Shown one piece after another: positions 61,279 through 64,000 of a DNA stretch of 64,000 bases (position 1 is its first letter; every line of letters starts with the position of its first letter). Both the position numbers and the translations under genes were made by a program. The stretch spans positions 2,458 to 66,457 of the forward strand of contig CAVYON010000028.1 in the NCBI GenBank assembly GCA_963770035.1. Reading direction: 5' to 3'. Source of the DNA: an uncultured Alphaproteobacteria bacterium. Its GTDB lineage: Bacteria; Pseudomonadota; Alphaproteobacteria; Rhizobiales; Beijerinckiaceae. The notes below the pieces were generated by a model, which saw only the letters and a program-made list of their open reading frames with translations, did no database searches and was not told the DNA's origin.

Positions 61279-61932
61279 TCCCGGCGTCGCGACCGGGGCC
61301 CAGCTATGCAGAAGCTGGGACAGGGGCCAGCGGGACTGTCGGGCGCGCGGCCGTCGCTGTCCGCTGTGGTTGTTATCCAACCTCAATGGCAGGAGCGTGC
61401 GAAGAGCGGACGTTACTTTCCAGATCGTTGCAGCGGGCGACTGTGACGGTTGGGAGAAGCGTGGCCTTCGATCCTGATCGTGGCCGCCGCGTCTCAACCA
61501 ATGTCGCCTCCCGTGTTGCCGACAAATTTCCACGAGAGCGGATCCGCGCGCGTCATTCTTAAACAGCGTGACGGCGACAACTCCTAGAGATCACATATAC
61601 AATCAATAGTTGTGTTTAGTTGTAAACCAATTAATATCGAGTAATTTTCAATATTCCGTTGCTTGTAAACGGCTTACATGTTGGTCTGCTATTGGCCTTT
61701 CGCAGGGCGCGTCATGTAGGAACTTCGCGCTCGTGTCACTCGCGCAGTGTATCTGGATCCCGATACCTTGTTACTGAACAACCGTGGAAGTGGACTATGG
61801 TTCCTCTGAGGTGAGAAATGGAAAAGGACGCTTTTCACCGGTCAACCCACGATATTGAGCGCGGCCCGGAAGTTCTCGATAAGTCGCTTCTCGTCGTCGA
61901 TGACGACCGCATATTCTGCGACCGGCTGGCGC

Positions 61933-63138
61933 GGCAGCTTCTTGCGTTGTCCCAGGTTCGCCTAAATGTGGTATCCAGTCCTGGTTGAGCCGCGCTTCGG
62001 GGCTCCGAAGGGACAGCCTGTGGCAAGGGGGCGATCACTCACCGAATTCCAGAAGGAGTTTCCCGACGAGGCGAGCTGTGCGGCTTTCTTGTTCAACCGT
62101 CGCTGGCCAAGCGGCTTCGTGTGTCCTTCCTGCGGCGGCAATCGCGCCGCCGCGCTGAAGAGCCGGGCATACACCTTCGAGTGCTATGGCTGCCGTCGTC
62201 AGACTTCGATCACGGCGGGCACAGCGATGCACCGCACGCGGCTGCCGCTGACGGCGTGGTTCTGGGCCGGCCATTTGATGGCGACACATTCCAACGGCAT
62301 GTCGGCGCGGCAGTTGGAGGATCAACTCGGCCTCACCTACAGAACAGCTTGGCTGCTGGCGCAGAAACTGCGGCGCTCGATGGTCGATCCGGATCGCGAA
62401 CTTCTCGAAGGCGTCGTCGAAGTCGATCAGGCCGAAATCCCTTTCCGTGAAGGCGATATGTTTTTCGAGCCCGGCGACGCGGGCAAAATCCTCATCATCG
62501 GCGCTGTCGAGGTGATCGAACGCGACACCCACCTGTCCAAACCGCGCCGCAAACACGCAAAATATCTCGATACCCGTTCAGGCCGCGTCCGCCTCGCGGT
62601 GATCGCCGACAACACGGCGGCCTCGATCGAGGCTTTCGTGCGAGCCAATGTAAAGCCCGGCGCGACGTTGCTGACGGACGGCCACGCCTCGTATCCAGGA
62701 TTGACCGACTACCGCCACGATCCGCGCATCGTCGGCAAGATGGCCGCGCACATCGTGCTGCCCTGGATTTATAGGGTCTTCGCCCTGGTGAAGCGGTGGG
62801 GATTGGGCACCTATCACGGACTGCGCCGCAAGCACGCCGATACTTATCTCAACGAGTTCGTGTTCCGCTACAACCGCCGCTTCTATCGTCACGCTTCGTT
62901 CGAAACCGTGCTCGGCCTCACGGCGCATCACGCGCCCGCGAGCTATTGGGACATCATCGGCCGCGCCAATCCGCGCAAGGGAACCGCGACGCCCCGCCGA
63001 GCGCCGAGACGCAGAAAGACCGCGACCGGAATGCGTCAGGACAGCATCGGCGGCGCGGAAAATGGCGGCCAAAATCAAGCGGCTACCGTGCCGACGACAC
63101 CAAATGTGGATAAACCTGGGACAACGCAATAAGCTGCC
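61933..63138 (+). mobile_element. IS1595-family insertion sequence (~1.2 kb)
   Basis: 26-bp inverted repeats ggcagctt(c/a)ttgcgttgtcccaggtt; flanking duplication TGGCGC (up to CTGGCGCGG, depending on where the ends are placed). Confidence 0.92.
62020..63132 (+). CDS. IS1595-family transposase
   Basis: RWPSGFVCPSC..ECYGCRRQTSITAGT zinc ribbon, GVVEVD, LLTDG, YHGLRRKH..YLNEFVFRYNRR. Confidence 0.93.
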   Translation: MARGRSLTEFQKEFPDEASCAAFLFNRRWPSGFVCPSCGGNRAAALKSRAYTFECYGCRRQTSITAGTAMHRTRLPLTAWFWAGHLMATHSNGMSARQLEDQLGLTYRTAWLLAQKLRRSMVDPDRELLEGVVEVDQAEIPFREGDMFFEPGDAGKILIIGAVEVIERDTHLSKPRRKHAKYLDTRSGRVRLAVIADNTAASIEAFVRANVKPGATLLTDGHASYPGLTDYRHDPRIVGKMAAHIVLPWIYRVFALVKRWGLGTYHGLRRKHADTYLNEFVFRYNRRFYRHASFETVLGLTAHHAPASYWDIIGRANPRKGTATPRRAPRRRKTATGMRQDSIGGAENGGQNQAATVPTTPNVDKPGTTQ

Positions 63139-63292
63139 TGGCGCGGGCCCTTTCCGCGCGCGGGTTTACGGCTCGGGCGGCAATGAGCCTTACCGACGCG
63201 CTGGAAGCAATCAAGACCGCTCCTCCCGCCTTCGCCGTGATCGACCTTAGGCTGGGCGACGGAAGCGGTCTTGATGTCATCCACGCGCTAAA

Positions 63293-64000
63293 CGGAGCTT
63301 CTTTCTTTCGCGAGGGTCAAGTCTCTGATTTTGCGCATCTTTGGGGCTGGCGAGGGGTGAAAGTGTAGCCATGTAAATCGGATATTGTTGTTGATTTTGC
63401 GAGTTTCTCAGCTATCCTGCGTCCATGTATATCGAAACCGTCCCCAACCGCGGCTCCCCACCGGCGATCCTGCTGCGCGAGAGCTATCGGGACGGCGGGA
63501 GGATACGGAAGCGCACGCTGCTCAACCTCTCCCATTGGCCGGCCGAGCACGTCGAAGGGCTGCGCGGCGTCCTCAAGGGCGGGGTCGTGCTGCCGCCGGG
63601 CGAGCAGCCCTTCGTCGTCGAGCGCTCGTTGCCGCATGGGGCCGTCGCCGCCGTGTTGGGCGCGACGCGCGCCATCGGCCTCGACACAATCATCGGACCC
63701 AAGCAAGCGCGCGGGTCCGATCCCGAGAATTGTCGGCCGGTCGACCTCGTCCTGGCCATGATCGTCAGCCGCATCATCGCCCCGGCGTCGAAACTCGCCA
63801 CCGCCAGGGCGCTCGATCCCGTCACCGCCGCATCCAGCCTCGGCGTCGAATTGGGCCTCGGCGACGTCCACGAGGACGAACTCTACGCCGCGCTCGACTG
63901 GCTCCTCGAGCGTCAGGGCGCGATCGAGACCGCGCTCGCGAAGCGCCATCTGAAGGGCGGGACGCTGGTGCTCTACGACGTCTCGTCGAGCTACGTCGAA
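63293..64000 (+). mobile_element. Second IS1634-family element, left part only (runs off the window)
   Basis: Transposase ORF from ATG 63425, open to the window end: MYIETVPNRGSPPAILLRESYR..KRTLLNLS..SLPHGAVAAV..SKLATAR..LVLYDVSSSYVE. Left end is approximate. Confidence 0.88.

Larger units (their letters stand above)
61818..63292 (+). pseudogene. RegA/PrrA/ActR-like response regulator interrupted by IS1595 and truncated by IS1634
   Basis: Removing the IS gives MEKDAF..DKSLLVVDDDRIFCDRLARALSARGF..PPAFAVIDLRLGDGSGLDVIHAL, which then breaks off into IS1634 leader sequence. Confidence 0.88.

Overview
High-GC alphaproteobacterial chromosomal DNA; the conserved gene orders tlpA-argH and rne/amiC-mrcA-prfB suggest Hyphomicrobiales (inference). 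Core genes are rnhA, tlpA, argH, prfB (programmed +1 frameshift), mrcA, amiC and rne. The main accessory region (about 3.8-15.6 kb) is a defence-type island. It holds a YeeABC-like trio: an MmeI-family N6-adenine methyltransferase whose target-recognition segment is an AT-rich foreign cassette, an SF2 helicase, and a T5orf172/GIY-YIG-like nuclease. Two toxin-antitoxin modules (MntA-HepT, BrnT plus a truncated BrnA) lie between those genes. The island is flanked on both sides by the same unusual layout: a diverged ghost copy of a neighbouring gene's promoter and 5' end, about 1 kb of cargo, then the intact gene. The window also has a nitrilase-fold protein lacking the catalytic Cys, a PEP-CTERM-type secreted serine protease, an asrABC anaerobic sulfite reductase operon, a large inositol catabolism cluster, and three IS elements (two IS1634-family, one IS1595-family); two of these hit a RegA-like response regulator. 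Most apparent frameshifts and catalytic-residue substitutions in core genes fall on GANTC motifs. I interpret this as a CcrM-methylation sequencing-error footprint, not real pseudogenisation. No rRNA, tRNA or CRISPR array was found.
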